Below, piece by piece: positions 8,609-19,100 of a stretch of 64,000 nucleotides of DNA (its first letter is position 1; each line of letters opens with the position of its first letter). The notes beneath the pieces were generated by a model. That model made no database searches, was not told where the DNA came from, and worked only from the letters and a program-made list of their open reading frames with translations. The position numbers were made by a program, and so were the translations under genes. The stretch is from positions 192,001 through 256,000 of the forward strand of contig JBITAJ010000022.1 of assembly GCA_044440125.1 (NCBI GenBank), given 5' to 3'. The DNA is from Sedimentisphaeraceae bacterium JB056. Its GTDB lineage: Bacteria; Planctomycetota; Phycisphaerae; Sedimentisphaerales; Sedimentisphaeraceae.

Positions 8609-11299
8609 CTATTTAACTAATATCACCGTAGCAATTTCTTTTTTGGCGAGAATAATCGTTATCCTGTTGTCTTTGATCTGGAGGTCTTCGGTTTTATTGA
8701 AGTCAAAGTCGGCTTTATAGGCAAAAGTAACAGCTTTGAGTTCTTCTGCAAGCAAGGTTATTGCTGCTTCCTGCTCTGTATCGGCAGGGTTAAAGAACCT
8801 TAACTCATATTTACCATCACGCATTGAAAGACTGCTTATTACAGCCCCTTCGAGGCTCAATAGTCCGTTTGATGCAGGTAACTGCTTTTGAGGTTTGGCA
8901 ACATTGACATCACGTTTCTGAACGGCAAATGTCTTTATGCCGTTAGCAAGCTTCATTGCTTCATTATAGATTGCCAGCCTATCAGTTTCGCCATTGAGCG
9001 GCATAACCGCATACTTGAACGAAAGAGGCTTGAGCAACTGTCCGCCAGGTTCGCCTGATGTCATTACTGTTGTTCTTGTTGAGCGGAATAATGTAAGCTT
9101 TATCGGCCTTGATGTCTCATCAGGCACGCCACTCTCATAGAGTCCTGTGCTCATAACCGCAAGACCGCGTTTGCCGTCATTAATTGCCGTCCAGCTATAC
9201 TGAGGATTTGTATCAATATCCAGCTCTTTACGCTTATAATTATCCTGCGGCAGTTTTATCTGCTGTTCAATCACATCGAACAGGCTGTCAGCAAGATAAG
9301 TATCGCTTTTAGCAGAGGTTGGGAAACAGACCCTGAGCCTGTGGTCACAGATATTGTTATCAACAAAAGTCTCTACTTCCAGTTTCTGAGAATCTTTTTT
9401 CAATGTAAGGATACTTGTCACTGTAAGTTCCTTAATTTCTTCACTTCTTGTCATTGACGAAAAGTTGAATTCCGCCGGAACTTGAAGTATATTCTTGATT
9501 TTCAGCTTTGCAAGCTCCGGTCCATTAGCTATTATAGCAACATGGGCATTAGAAGCTTTCGAGCTGTAGATTTCATCATTTACCGCCATGCCGTAATACC
9601 AGCCGTCACCGATGTCCGCACTGTCTTCAAAAACAAGAAGATCATCATATGTCACGCCGCTGCGTTTATCCAGCATTGATACCGCCCCGCCTGCCGAGAC
9701 CTCAATCCTGAGGTATTCGTTTTCGAGGCAATTGCAGCTATGAGCTATCTGAGATTGGTTGCTATGTCTTACAGGCTGAGCTTCGTCAGCTTTTTCAATG
9801 ATAAGTGTTGTATATCCAAGAGCGTCAACAGAGAGTTTAATCGCAACTTTAACTTTAGTAACCGCGTCAACTGCCGGTGTACTGGTTTTGAAAGTCTTGA
9901 GTACCTTGCAACCTGTTTCCTGAGATACCCGCTGGTATTCAACAATATTGTCCTGAACATCTTTTAAGAAGAAGGCCGGCTTTGCTTCAAATCCAAAGAA
10001 TTCCTTAAATACAGGCCAATCCTTCGGTACAGCAAGCTCTAATTCCACAACCTCGTCTATTTCCTGCGGAAGAGGATTAAATACAGATACCTTTATCTGA
10101 CAGTCGTCAATATCAGCATCAGTCGCAAGTGTTATGCTTTTCAGAGATTCTGCAGTCAGTCTGTCGGCAATCTGCTTTGCCTGACTGAATCTGAACTCCA
10201 TATCCTTATGCACCTGATCGATACTGCATCCGCAGATAGAATCATGCGGATGGTTCTTTATAAGCCACTTCCAAGCGACATTAAGGAAGCCTGTCGGATA
10301 AGCCTTACCCGTCAATAGATTATCAAAAATAGAGAACGGCTCAGCCCAGTGACAAAGAGTGTTCTGGCAGTAAGTGTTATCCTGCTTTATATCAACGCGG
10401 CTGGAGACTACACCGGTTATAAGCCACTCATTATCTTTATAGTCTTTGGTAGTTTCCCTGAGCTGACCACGAATAACATCATCAACTTTAGAAAAATCTG
10501 CTTTCATTGCCTTGGCAAATTCATCAAGACCGGTGTGTACAAGCTCAAAGCGATCATCATCTTTTAGAAGCTTAAACAATTCGGCATAGGCATCCCTATC
10601 CCAGCACTGATGATCAAGACCGTCAAAAAGGAGTATCGGTTCGATATCATTAAGAGCAATTTCCTGCTCTATATAACCGTTAAGCAGAGATGCAAACTTC
10701 TCAGGATTAAAATCAACATACTGATTCTTAGCCGCTTCACGTGTGACTATGGCATAGTCACCATAACCATCACAGCCAAATACATAAGAACACACGCGGC
10801 TGCCGTCAGCACCTTCCCAGATAATATTTCTGCGTTTACAATTAAGCCCTCGCCACAGAAAGGCATTGTCTATACCAAATTTATTAAGTATCTGCGGCAT
10901 CTGACTGATATGACCGAACATGTCGCACAGAAAGCCGGTTCTTGAAGGCTCTGCACCAAAACCACGAACTGTATCAAATCCAAGCCTGATGTTGCGAATC
11001 ATAGCTTCGCCTGAAACAAGAAACTCATCCGGCAAAACATACCAAGGCCCGGCAACGATACTGCCTTCTTTTATATACTGCTCAACTTCAGTGCGCCTTT
11101 CAGGATGAACTTCAAGATAGTCCTCTAACAGAGCGGACTGGCCGTCTGCATAGAAAGGCCCCTTAAGCTCGCCGGAAGATATACCTTCCAATACCTCATC
11201 GACAAGCTCAACAAGACGATAACGATAGTCCTGAAAAACCTGATACCACTCACGATCCCAGTGAGTACTCAATACAAAATACAACTTCTTCTTACTCAT
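8609..11299 (-). CDS. Glycoside hydrolase family 38 alpha-mannosidase (MngB-like), cytoplasmic
   Basis: THWDREW, DGQ, GPWYVLPDEFLVSGEA, DMFGH and HDSICGCS motifs; start at MSKKK. Confidence 0.92.
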   Translation of the reverse strand: MSKKKLYFVLSTHWDREWYQVFQDYRYRLVELVDEVLEGISSGELKGPFYADGQSALLEDYLEVHPERRTEVEQYIKEGSIVAGPWYVLPDEFLVSGEAMIRNIRLGFDTVRGFGAEPSRTGFLCDMFGHISQMPQILNKFGIDNAFLWRGLNCKRRNIIWEGADGSRVCSYVFGCDGYGDYAIVTREAAKNQYVDFNPEKFASLLNGYIEQEIALNDIEPILLFDGLDHQCWDRDAYAELFKLLKDDDRFELVHTGLDEFAKAMKADFSKVDDVIRGQLRETTKDYKDNEWLITGVVSSRVDIKQDNTYCQNTLCHWAEPFSIFDNLLTGKAYPTGFLNVAWKWLIKNHPHDSICGCSIDQVHKDMEFRFSQAKQIADRLTAESLKSITLATDADIDDCQIKVSVFNPLPQEIDEVVELELAVPKDWPVFKEFFGFEAKPAFFLKDVQDNIVEYQRVSQETGCKVLKTFKTSTPAVDAVTKVKVAIKLSVDALGYTTLIIEKADEAQPVRHSNQSQIAHSCNCLENEYLRIEVSAGGAVSMLDKRSGVTYDDLLVFEDSADIGDGWYYGMAVNDEIYSSKASNAHVAIIANGPELAKLKIKNILQVPAEFNFSSMTRSEEIKELTVTSILTLKKDSQKLEVETFVDNNICDHRLRVCFPTSAKSDTYLADSLFDVIEQQIKLPQDNYKRKELDIDTNPQYSWTAINDGKRGLAVMSTGLYESGVPDETSRPIKLTLFRSTRTTVMTSGEPGGQLLKPLSFKYAVMPLNGETDRLAIYNEAMKLANGIKTFAVQKRDVNVAKPQKQLPASNGLLSLEGAVISSLSMRDGKYELRFFNPADTEQEAAITLLAEELKAVTFAYKADFDFNKTEDLQIKDNRITIILAKKEIATVILVK

Positions 11300-11371
11300 A
11301 AAATATCCAAAAAAACAATTTGCAATTATCAAACTTCAGAGTCAATTATAACTAACATATGAGTAAAGTCA

Positions 11372-13789
11372 TCATATTTTATTTACAGATACAGATTTTA
11401 TGAACAGCCAATCTTCTGTATTATTAACCAGACGAAAATCAGTGCGTTCGTTTTGTCTTGCCTCAAACGAAGCATCATTAATAATAAATTTATGACTCTT
11501 CCATTTTTTGCTTCCGGTCATATTGACGACATCAGAATGCCTCTTATAAGCTCCTGACACCGGTTGTGATTTATCGAGTGAATTATACTCAATTGCAAAA
11601 TTGCCCTTTGGACCATCAAAATATTCAAATTCTATTTCAATATTTTCTCCCAATGAATCCCTGAATCCAGCATCCACAGCAAAATAAATAAATTTCGCAT
11701 CACTTTTTCCTGAGATATAGAAACAGTTTTCACCATTATGCTCGGCAGTCTTATACGAACCGTCGGTAACGATCACCGGCTTAAGCCCTTTGCTTGTCAT
11801 AACGCTGCTGCTAACACCGGCAGCATCACTGTAGGGAGTGACAACTGGGGTAACGATCTTCGTTTTGAGTAAGTTGAAATAATTTTCAAGATCAACTATC
11901 TCAACTTTAGCATCCGGGTAGCGTTTCCTCGCCTCGGCAACGGCTTCATATATCATCGTCGGCGTTACAAGAATACATCTGTAAGCATTGAAATTCGCAG
12001 AATACTGCTCACTTTCAACCGATTCTTTGTATATCTGCAACACTCTTTCTTTGAGCTTATCAGAATGACCGACATGGAATGTCTGCACGAAAGTTACCGG
12101 AGTGCCATCAACCAACCGGGGCTCAAGAGGACAATTGAAGCCAAATCCGCCAGGGGTGATTCTGGCCGCCATCTTCGCCCACTGGTCATCAAAAGTATCA
12201 TCGATATAAAATGCGTTGTATTTTATGCCGTATCTGTCGTTAAGATCGTTGGCAAATTTTTCATAATACTTTCCACCATCTTCCTTTATACGCCCCTGAC
12301 GATTGAAAAGAGCATCTGGCTGTATGTATGCCGCTCCATCGCCGGAAAATCCCAAATGATCGTTAGCGGTTCTGTTTTCATAGATATATTTAATCGCATG
12401 AGGGATCCTGAAATTAAGAGCAGGATTTATCACCCAGTTTAGTGGCAGCTTACCCCTAGCTTTGTCATCATAGATAGCAGGCACCATCTGATTAGTCCAG
12501 GCACTGCCGTCATAATCCATCATCAGGAAAGCGACATAAGTAGTACCTGCTTCGTACTTAATAGGCTCTGGCTCAACAAATTTCGCATCTTGACGGCTGA
12601 CATGCGGCATATGCTGGAAGAACGAAGAATTGGCAATACCAAATGCGGCATCTCCATCGTTAGCCATATTGTAAGATGTCAGAAGCGAAACAAACTCCCA
12701 CTCAGTCTCTACATCGGCATGCTTTTCACCCTTGTGCGAAGTATATTTGATCCACCATGGAACAAAACCACCTACAATACCAAATTCACCATTACGATTT
12801 TTGTAAGATGTCTCAAGTATTTCATGCCAACTTCTATTATCAGCTCCAAGCGGCTGATCAGGATCATCGAAAGGCTTGCAATCTGCCCAAGGACTCAAAT
12901 CATAGAAAAAAGCCTTTTGAGCAACCCAGTAATCAGCATTGTACATGCCGTTTTGCTGTAACTCATTCCTATCACCAAGATATCCATACTGCTCAACAGC
13001 ATAATGACTACGGTAATCACCCCACATTGAAGCATCACAATTAAACCACATTTGGAAAGAATTAGCTATACCGGGACGCAAATATTTTTCAATAGCATAC
13101 TTATATACATCGTTCTTAGCACTACCGGTAGAAGCAAAAGACTTACCATTAAATACAATATCCTTCTTGCCGTCAAACATACCGCAAAGATCAAGCTTTA
13201 CTTCAAGCCAAGGCGCTGCTTCGCGAACCTTCTTATAAAATTTACCACCACCAAGATCTTTACTGACAGGCAGCAAATCTTCACATCCGGCTGCCATAAG
13301 AGCGAGATTTGAGCTTGCAGGAACCTTCATATCCCATATAACAAGCCCATTAACTTCTTTTTGATATTCATTAACCAAAGCTTTAAGGGACTTTAAAGGC
13401 TTGATTCTTCGACCTTTGAAATATCCCTGCTTTTTAAAGTTAGAGAACCAATAGCGGTCGAGCTCGGTAACAGGCTTATCCTGATAATCAGGCTGAGAGT
13501 AGTGCTTAGTTTCAACATCAAAAAGAGCAAGAGCAGCAAAGATGTAAAGCCTTGGCTGATCCCTGTTAACAATTCCCTGCAATGCGGTTATGAAATAGAG
13601 AGCATCCGCTCTTTCCTCTATAGTATCTATCCCTGCACTGTCAAAATAATCCCATACATCAAATACGGCTACATCACCGGGTACAACGTATTGCTCCTGA
13701 GCAGAAAATGCCACAGCACCAAATACCATACAAACCAAAATAATATTAAATATCTTCACCTTAAGTTCCTTCATTAAAATAATATTCAT
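11372..13789 (-). CDS. GxGYxYP-family putative glycoside hydrolase with a C-terminal CBM-like module
   Basis: Signal peptide; LQGIVNRDQPRLY, STGSAKND and MMDYDG motifs; variant motif GDGAAYIQP. Confidence 0.75.
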   Translation of the reverse strand: MNIILMKELKVKIFNIILVCMVFGAVAFSAQEQYVVPGDVAVFDVWDYFDSAGIDTIEERADALYFITALQGIVNRDQPRLYIFAALALFDVETKHYSQPDYQDKPVTELDRYWFSNFKKQGYFKGRRIKPLKSLKALVNEYQKEVNGLVIWDMKVPASSNLALMAAGCEDLLPVSKDLGGGKFYKKVREAAPWLEVKLDLCGMFDGKKDIVFNGKSFASTGSAKNDVYKYAIEKYLRPGIANSFQMWFNCDASMWGDYRSHYAVEQYGYLGDRNELQQNGMYNADYWVAQKAFFYDLSPWADCKPFDDPDQPLGADNRSWHEILETSYKNRNGEFGIVGGFVPWWIKYTSHKGEKHADVETEWEFVSLLTSYNMANDGDAAFGIANSSFFQHMPHVSRQDAKFVEPEPIKYEAGTTYVAFLMMDYDGSAWTNQMVPAIYDDKARGKLPLNWVINPALNFRIPHAIKYIYENRTANDHLGFSGDGAAYIQPDALFNRQGRIKEDGGKYYEKFANDLNDRYGIKYNAFYIDDTFDDQWAKMAARITPGGFGFNCPLEPRLVDGTPVTFVQTFHVGHSDKLKERVLQIYKESVESEQYSANFNAYRCILVTPTMIYEAVAEARKRYPDAKVEIVDLENYFNLLKTKIVTPVVTPYSDAAGVSSSVMTSKGLKPVIVTDGSYKTAEHNGENCFYISGKSDAKFIYFAVDAGFRDSLGENIEIEFEYFDGPKGNFAIEYNSLDKSQPVSGAYKRHSDVVNMTGSKKWKSHKFIINDASFEARQNERTDFRLVNNTEDWLFIKSVSVNKI

Positions 13790-13825
13790 TTCTTTGACTT
13801 CTTAACAAAACATATAACTCAATCA

Positions 13826-15040
13826 TTAAAAATCGTTGCCCAATTTATCAAAACATGCAACGGTCTTAATCTCAGCATTAGGATTGCGATTGTCTATCGG
13901 CTTATCTGCCACGTAATTTCGCATATTACAGCCAACCATTGTTACCATAACCCTATCACTACCCTTTACCAACATATAATCCTGCGATTTACCTATGGTA
14001 GTCAGTGCACCATTATGGCCAGAAAATGACTCGACATTTGTTATAGCACATCCACCCTTTCCTTCGATTATAAACGGATGTATATCTTCAACCCTCTTTC
14101 CTACATTGGCTATTATTGAACCCTGAGCTATCTGCCAGCAACGATTAAAATCGTTTCCACCAAGTTTATGTATGCCTACAGTAACACAGTCAAGATTGAA
14201 ATTTGTCAGCTGACCGTAAGTTTCAGGCCCAAGATATATCCCGCCGTAAGCGCCAAAAGTAAAGAGGTCGATCAATTGAGCATTGTCCGTATGGTCGATG
14301 GTATAGGTAAATGTACCTCTATTCACAACCGAATCAATAACAGCTTTGCTGTAGCCACCGTCAATAAAGCGTCTGTTAGCCGGATTGACATGACAATGGA
14401 GTATTCGCGGGATATCATAACAATAATCTACTCTTATAAACTCACCACTCAACGGATAACCATAACAATGTTCAAACAATATCTGCTCTACAATATGTTT
14501 TGATGAACCACAGAAATCCATTGCCAAAAATTCACCATAGAACGTAAGACAGGAAAGCGTAACACCCTGCGATCCTTTTGTTTTTGACGCCTGTATAGTT
14601 GCCGGATATTCAATTATCTTTTGTGGATCGTCTAATTCCTGCTCAGGATACCAGAACTGCAAACCTCTTATCTGAGTAGCATTTTCAACCGTTATGAACA
14701 CATTCTCTTTATCAGTAATAGCAATCACACTGCCAACGGGCTGTTTTTTATCAGGATGAGAAGTGCCTCTTCCCACCGGCCCATGAACGCCTACAAGCGA
14801 GACATTGGCTTTAAGCACAAGCCCGCCATCAATCCTGTAAGGCATATCTGAAGGTTCAAAAAATAATGCCGCTCCCTTAGGGCTTGCCCAGTCAATAGCA
14901 TTTTGAAGATTCTTACTATTTTCAGCCGCGGTATTGGAAGGGAGTACATTAAAAGATTGCACGCTTCTGTAACACTCAGAATTATCTGCAAAAATCGCAG
15001 CGGAACAAAACAAGCAAAGTAATACCGTAAACAACTTCAT
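13826..15040 (-). CDS. Secreted right-handed beta-helix (pectate lyase-like superfamily) protein
   Basis: Signal peptide; N-terminal 'NSKNLQNAID...LFF...YRIDGGLVLKANVSLVG' typical of Pectate_lyase_3-type starts. Confidence 0.6.
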   Translation of the reverse strand: MKLFTVLLCLFCSAAIFADNSECYRSVQSFNVLPSNTAAENSKNLQNAIDWASPKGAALFFEPSDMPYRIDGGLVLKANVSLVGVHGPVGRGTSHPDKKQPVGSVIAITDKENVFITVENATQIRGLQFWYPEQELDDPQKIIEYPATIQASKTKGSQGVTLSCLTFYGEFLAMDFCGSSKHIVEQILFEHCYGYPLSGEFIRVDYCYDIPRILHCHVNPANRRFIDGGYSKAVIDSVVNRGTFTYTIDHTDNAQLIDLFTFGAYGGIYLGPETYGQLTNFNLDCVTVGIHKLGGNDFNRCWQIAQGSIIANVGKRVEDIHPFIIEGKGGCAITNVESFSGHNGALTTIGKSQDYMLVKGSDRVMVTMVGCNMRNYVADKPIDNRNPNAEIKTVACFDKLGNDF

Positions 15041-15056
15041 AAAAACTCCTTATCCT

Positions 15057-16169
15057 TTATTTGAAATTTCTAACCGTTTCAACCATCGCCTTGACATTTT
15101 CAAACGGAATATCATAAAACAGATAATCCGATGCCGCTACCATATGTTTGAACCCCTTAGTTGCCTCAAGAACCTCAATAGTTTTTTCTTTTACATCATC
15201 AACCGAACCATCAAGCAGAACATCAAGCCCGACATTACCCCTTGTACAAATCTTTTCAGGAAGTATCTCACGGGCTTTTTGCAATGATTCGACATTGCCT
15301 ACCGGCGGTGGAGAGAGCGTCTCAAACAAATCTATCCCCATCCGATTATACAAACCCATATCAAGGAAAGGCTGAATAGGTGAGCAGATATGAGTATAAA
15401 CCAATCCGCCTATAGCATGAATATGATCGGTTAATACCTTCGAATCGGGAATAAGGAAATCCTCATACAATTGCGGGGAAAGCATCTCTGAACCCGGGCC
15501 TCCAAGAAAAACAAAATCAGCCCCAGCCTCAAACACCTTATCAACTATTTCGAGGTTCACTTCAAGAATATGATCGCAACATTTGCGGTAAAGTTCAGGA
15601 TACAACATTGAAAACATCACGAGATTATCAACTGTCATCAGCCCAAAAAGTTCAAACGGCTGCATATTCCATTGAACTGAAACCGGTGCATATTCATGTA
15701 TATGGTCAATTTGCGGCGCAAGCTCGCGTCCAAGTTCGCAAGCAACCTTGCCGTAATTATCTGCATACCATCTCACTATATCAAAAGCTTTTTCGCCATC
15801 ATTGAATGTAAGAGGATAGTCGAGCGGTACGATACCCTGCTTAGGCAGTTCATGGTTCTTCCAATGAAGCAAGCCATATGGAGACTCTATCTGAGCCTCC
15901 ATAATACGCTCATGTTCAGAGAAAACAGTTTTCCACTCTCGCTTCAATGCATGATTAAACTCACCGGCATCGGGCAAGCCAATATTTATCAAAGGCTCAC
16001 ATTCTACCTTTTGATAGGCCTCAATAGTATCATCAACAGTGGTCTCGCTATTCCAGAGTTTACCGGCAAGCTTTGTATCAAAACCTGCTCCAGCTCCAAT
16101 CTGCAGTGAAACAAAAGGCTCATCGCCGCCGTTTTTAACATAATCAATAAATTTGTCACGAGATGTCAT
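15057..16169 (-). CDS. UroD/MtaA-like (methylcobamide methyltransferase superfamily) protein
   Basis: MLSPQLYEDF, YTHICS, GNV...LLDGS and IPFENVKAM motifs. Confidence 0.75.
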   Translation of the reverse strand: MTSRDKFIDYVKNGGDEPFVSLQIGAGAGFDTKLAGKLWNSETTVDDTIEAYQKVECEPLINIGLPDAGEFNHALKREWKTVFSEHERIMEAQIESPYGLLHWKNHELPKQGIVPLDYPLTFNDGEKAFDIVRWYADNYGKVACELGRELAPQIDHIHEYAPVSVQWNMQPFELFGLMTVDNLVMFSMLYPELYRKCCDHILEVNLEIVDKVFEAGADFVFLGGPGSEMLSPQLYEDFLIPDSKVLTDHIHAIGGLVYTHICSPIQPFLDMGLYNRMGIDLFETLSPPPVGNVESLQKAREILPEKICTRGNVGLDVLLDGSVDDVKEKTIEVLEATKGFKHMVAASDYLFYDIPFENVKAMVETVRNFK

Positions 16170-16181
16170 TAAAATATATTC

Positions 16182-19100
16182 CTATTTTGAATCCCAAATT
16201 AAAATATTGTCTCTAAGAGTCCCATTATAAATACGCAAGATACCACTATCGGAAAGAGTCAGGTAATAATCGCCAGTCGTTCCCGATGTATTGCTTTGCC
16301 ACGGTACACCATTATTACCACTTGGCGGCGTCCCTTTATAAATAACAAGATTACCATCATCCTGCATTTTCAGGTAATAGTCATCTGTTGTTCCTGCACT
16401 GTCAGAATTCCAGATTACCCCTTGAATATCATAAGGACTGCTGCCTTCATAGACAACCAAGTTACCATCATCCTGCATTTTTACAAAACTTTTCGATTTT
16501 GTCGATGTCTCATAATAATTATCCTCAAGATATTCGCCATCAAAGAGTACTATCTTATCATCATCAGAAGCCCATACCTTCTCTCCGCTTCCAACTGTTC
16601 CCATATAAGCTTTCAGCACACCATCTGTTGTCAGAGTCAGATAATAAGTATCGGTCGCATCCGAAGTATAGCTTGTCCATAGAACACCTAGATTCTGCGG
16701 ATAAACACCCCTGTAGATAACAAGATTACCATCATTCTGCATTTTCAGATAATAATCATCAGTAGTATCTGAGCTATCGGAAGACCATATCAGCCCCTGA
16801 TTATTTGCAGGACTACTACCCTTGTAAACAGCAAGATTACCATCACCCTGCATATAGACAAAACTTTCGCTGTCGGCGGCAACAACATACTGTCCATCAG
16901 TCAAATACTCATTATTACCAATAACTACCTCTTCACGAGGGTCATCATCCGGATGCCAATATAAAGTCTCTCTGCGTATCTCCTGCATATCTGAGAAGCC
17001 GTCACCATCAGTATCAATATCATCCTGATCTGTCGCCACGATAACATCTCCTCTCCATTCAATATTGTTGGCACTTCTAAACCAGGTAACACCGTCACGC
17101 ACCATATCAATATAGATATCGTAATTTCCGTTTGTAGTCGGCGAATCAATACTTACACTGAAATCATAACTTTCCCCAGGAGCAACGGTTCCAGTAATAT
17201 AGAACCTGCCGTTTGCATCATAATCAGAACCATCCGGCTCTGTCCCCTTAGGAACTATAGCATAACTTAACCTATAATTATTAGATTCGCTCCATGTGTC
17301 CCAGCCATCATTACGAACAGTAACAGTAGCGTTATAAGTATCACCATTAGCAAGAACCCGCGGCACAGTATCATTTACCCATGTAGCACGATAATTATTA
17401 TTACCGCCAAGATAGTACCTGAGCAGGTAGTAGAAAGTATAAGCATCAAGGAACTGATGATTATTACCTGAAGAAGCACACGAATCCTGAAGAGTTTTCA
17501 ATCCTGTAGGTGAATAAAGAATCGTACGATACCATGCAAAATGCACGCCTGAAGAATAATTTATCATATCCGATAATTCATCAGGATTATCCGGTCCAGA
17601 ACGTGTTATTGCAGGGCTGTTTCCAGAGAGGAACTGATAGCTTGTATTGGTGTCAATACCCATTCCAATACCATCAGGACTGAAACATTGATAATTTGCC
17701 GCATCTGTTGTTGTCATAGTAGGAGCATTTCCGTTGAGCAGCCAGCCTGTTATGGAGTAATCCCATTGCCTGTAGTACTCTTTGCAATGCTTCTGCCATA
17801 TACTCACTGCACTTGGATAATATGAAGGAGCTCTTGTTCCATGCAGCAATCCAGGATTAAGATAACCGGCGCCGGAATCACCGGCAATAAAATAATCACG
17901 GTCTGTCTTATTTCTGTACATATATTCATATGCAACAGAAACTCGATCTGATGTATTTGGCGTTAGAGCCCATGAACATGCAAGATTGCCTCTATTAGAA
18001 TCATCATACCTGTCACCAGCCAACCAATAGAGAGTCCACGATGCCTGATCGTAATCCCCCATATACATCAGTATGTAATTTCCTGCAACTACATTACCAT
18101 TTGAATCTATCAGCCCGCGAGAAACCATGTCATCATATGTAGGAGCTGGATTCTGAATATGACGACGAGCCTTAACTGCCGGATTCAATCCATTATAAAA
18201 AGAACAATTGCTTACGTACGAAAGGCTCAAGGCATCACCCTCCATGTAGGCATTATATGCACTCAATAATTCTGCAAACTCCCACTCAGTCGGAACAGGA
18301 TCATGACTTCCACCAACCTCAGAAGTATACTTCTGATCCCAGTTCGGAAAACCACACACTTTAATCATTTCTGTTTTGCCGGTCTGAGTATTACACTCAT
18401 CGATAATAGTTTTGAATGTATCAAGGTCTGTTCCAACCGTCTGAGAAGTATCATCATTAGGAGCTTCATCTCCCCATGGTGAAAGTTCGAAACAGAAACC
18501 TTTTTTCATTATTGCATAATCAAGATTCGATAGCTGATTTTTAAGACTAATAGATGAACTGCAACCCCATAAATCAAGAGTATAGCTCAAAGTAGTTGGG
18601 TCACACAACCCTTGACTGAGATAATTCTCGACAGCCCATATATAGGCATCACACTTCGCACTGCCTGTTGAAGCAACTGATGTCTGCCATACTTTGCTCG
18701 AATTAACAGTATCTGCCTTAAGAGTAAAATGATTTACAGCCCTGTCATAAGTTGCACTGTTATCATGCTCAAGCATAAAATAAACAGAATAAAGCGTAAC
18801 ATCAGAACTGCAGCTCCATTCAACGGTATAAAGTCGATCATTACCTGACTGAAATATAGTCTTTGAACTGTAATCATCACCGGTAAAGGCATTTGCAATA
18901 CCATAGCCTGATATATCCGGGCTACTGCTGCTGACTGTAACTGAAGTGCTGTCCCATAATACCGGATGTGATTCGACATTCACCTGAACATCATCAATCA
19001 GATACTCACCCTGTATTCTTGCCAAAGAAGCATCTGTAATACGGAAAGCAATATTAACATAAGCTGTATCAGAATTTGCAATATGATGCTGATGTGTATA

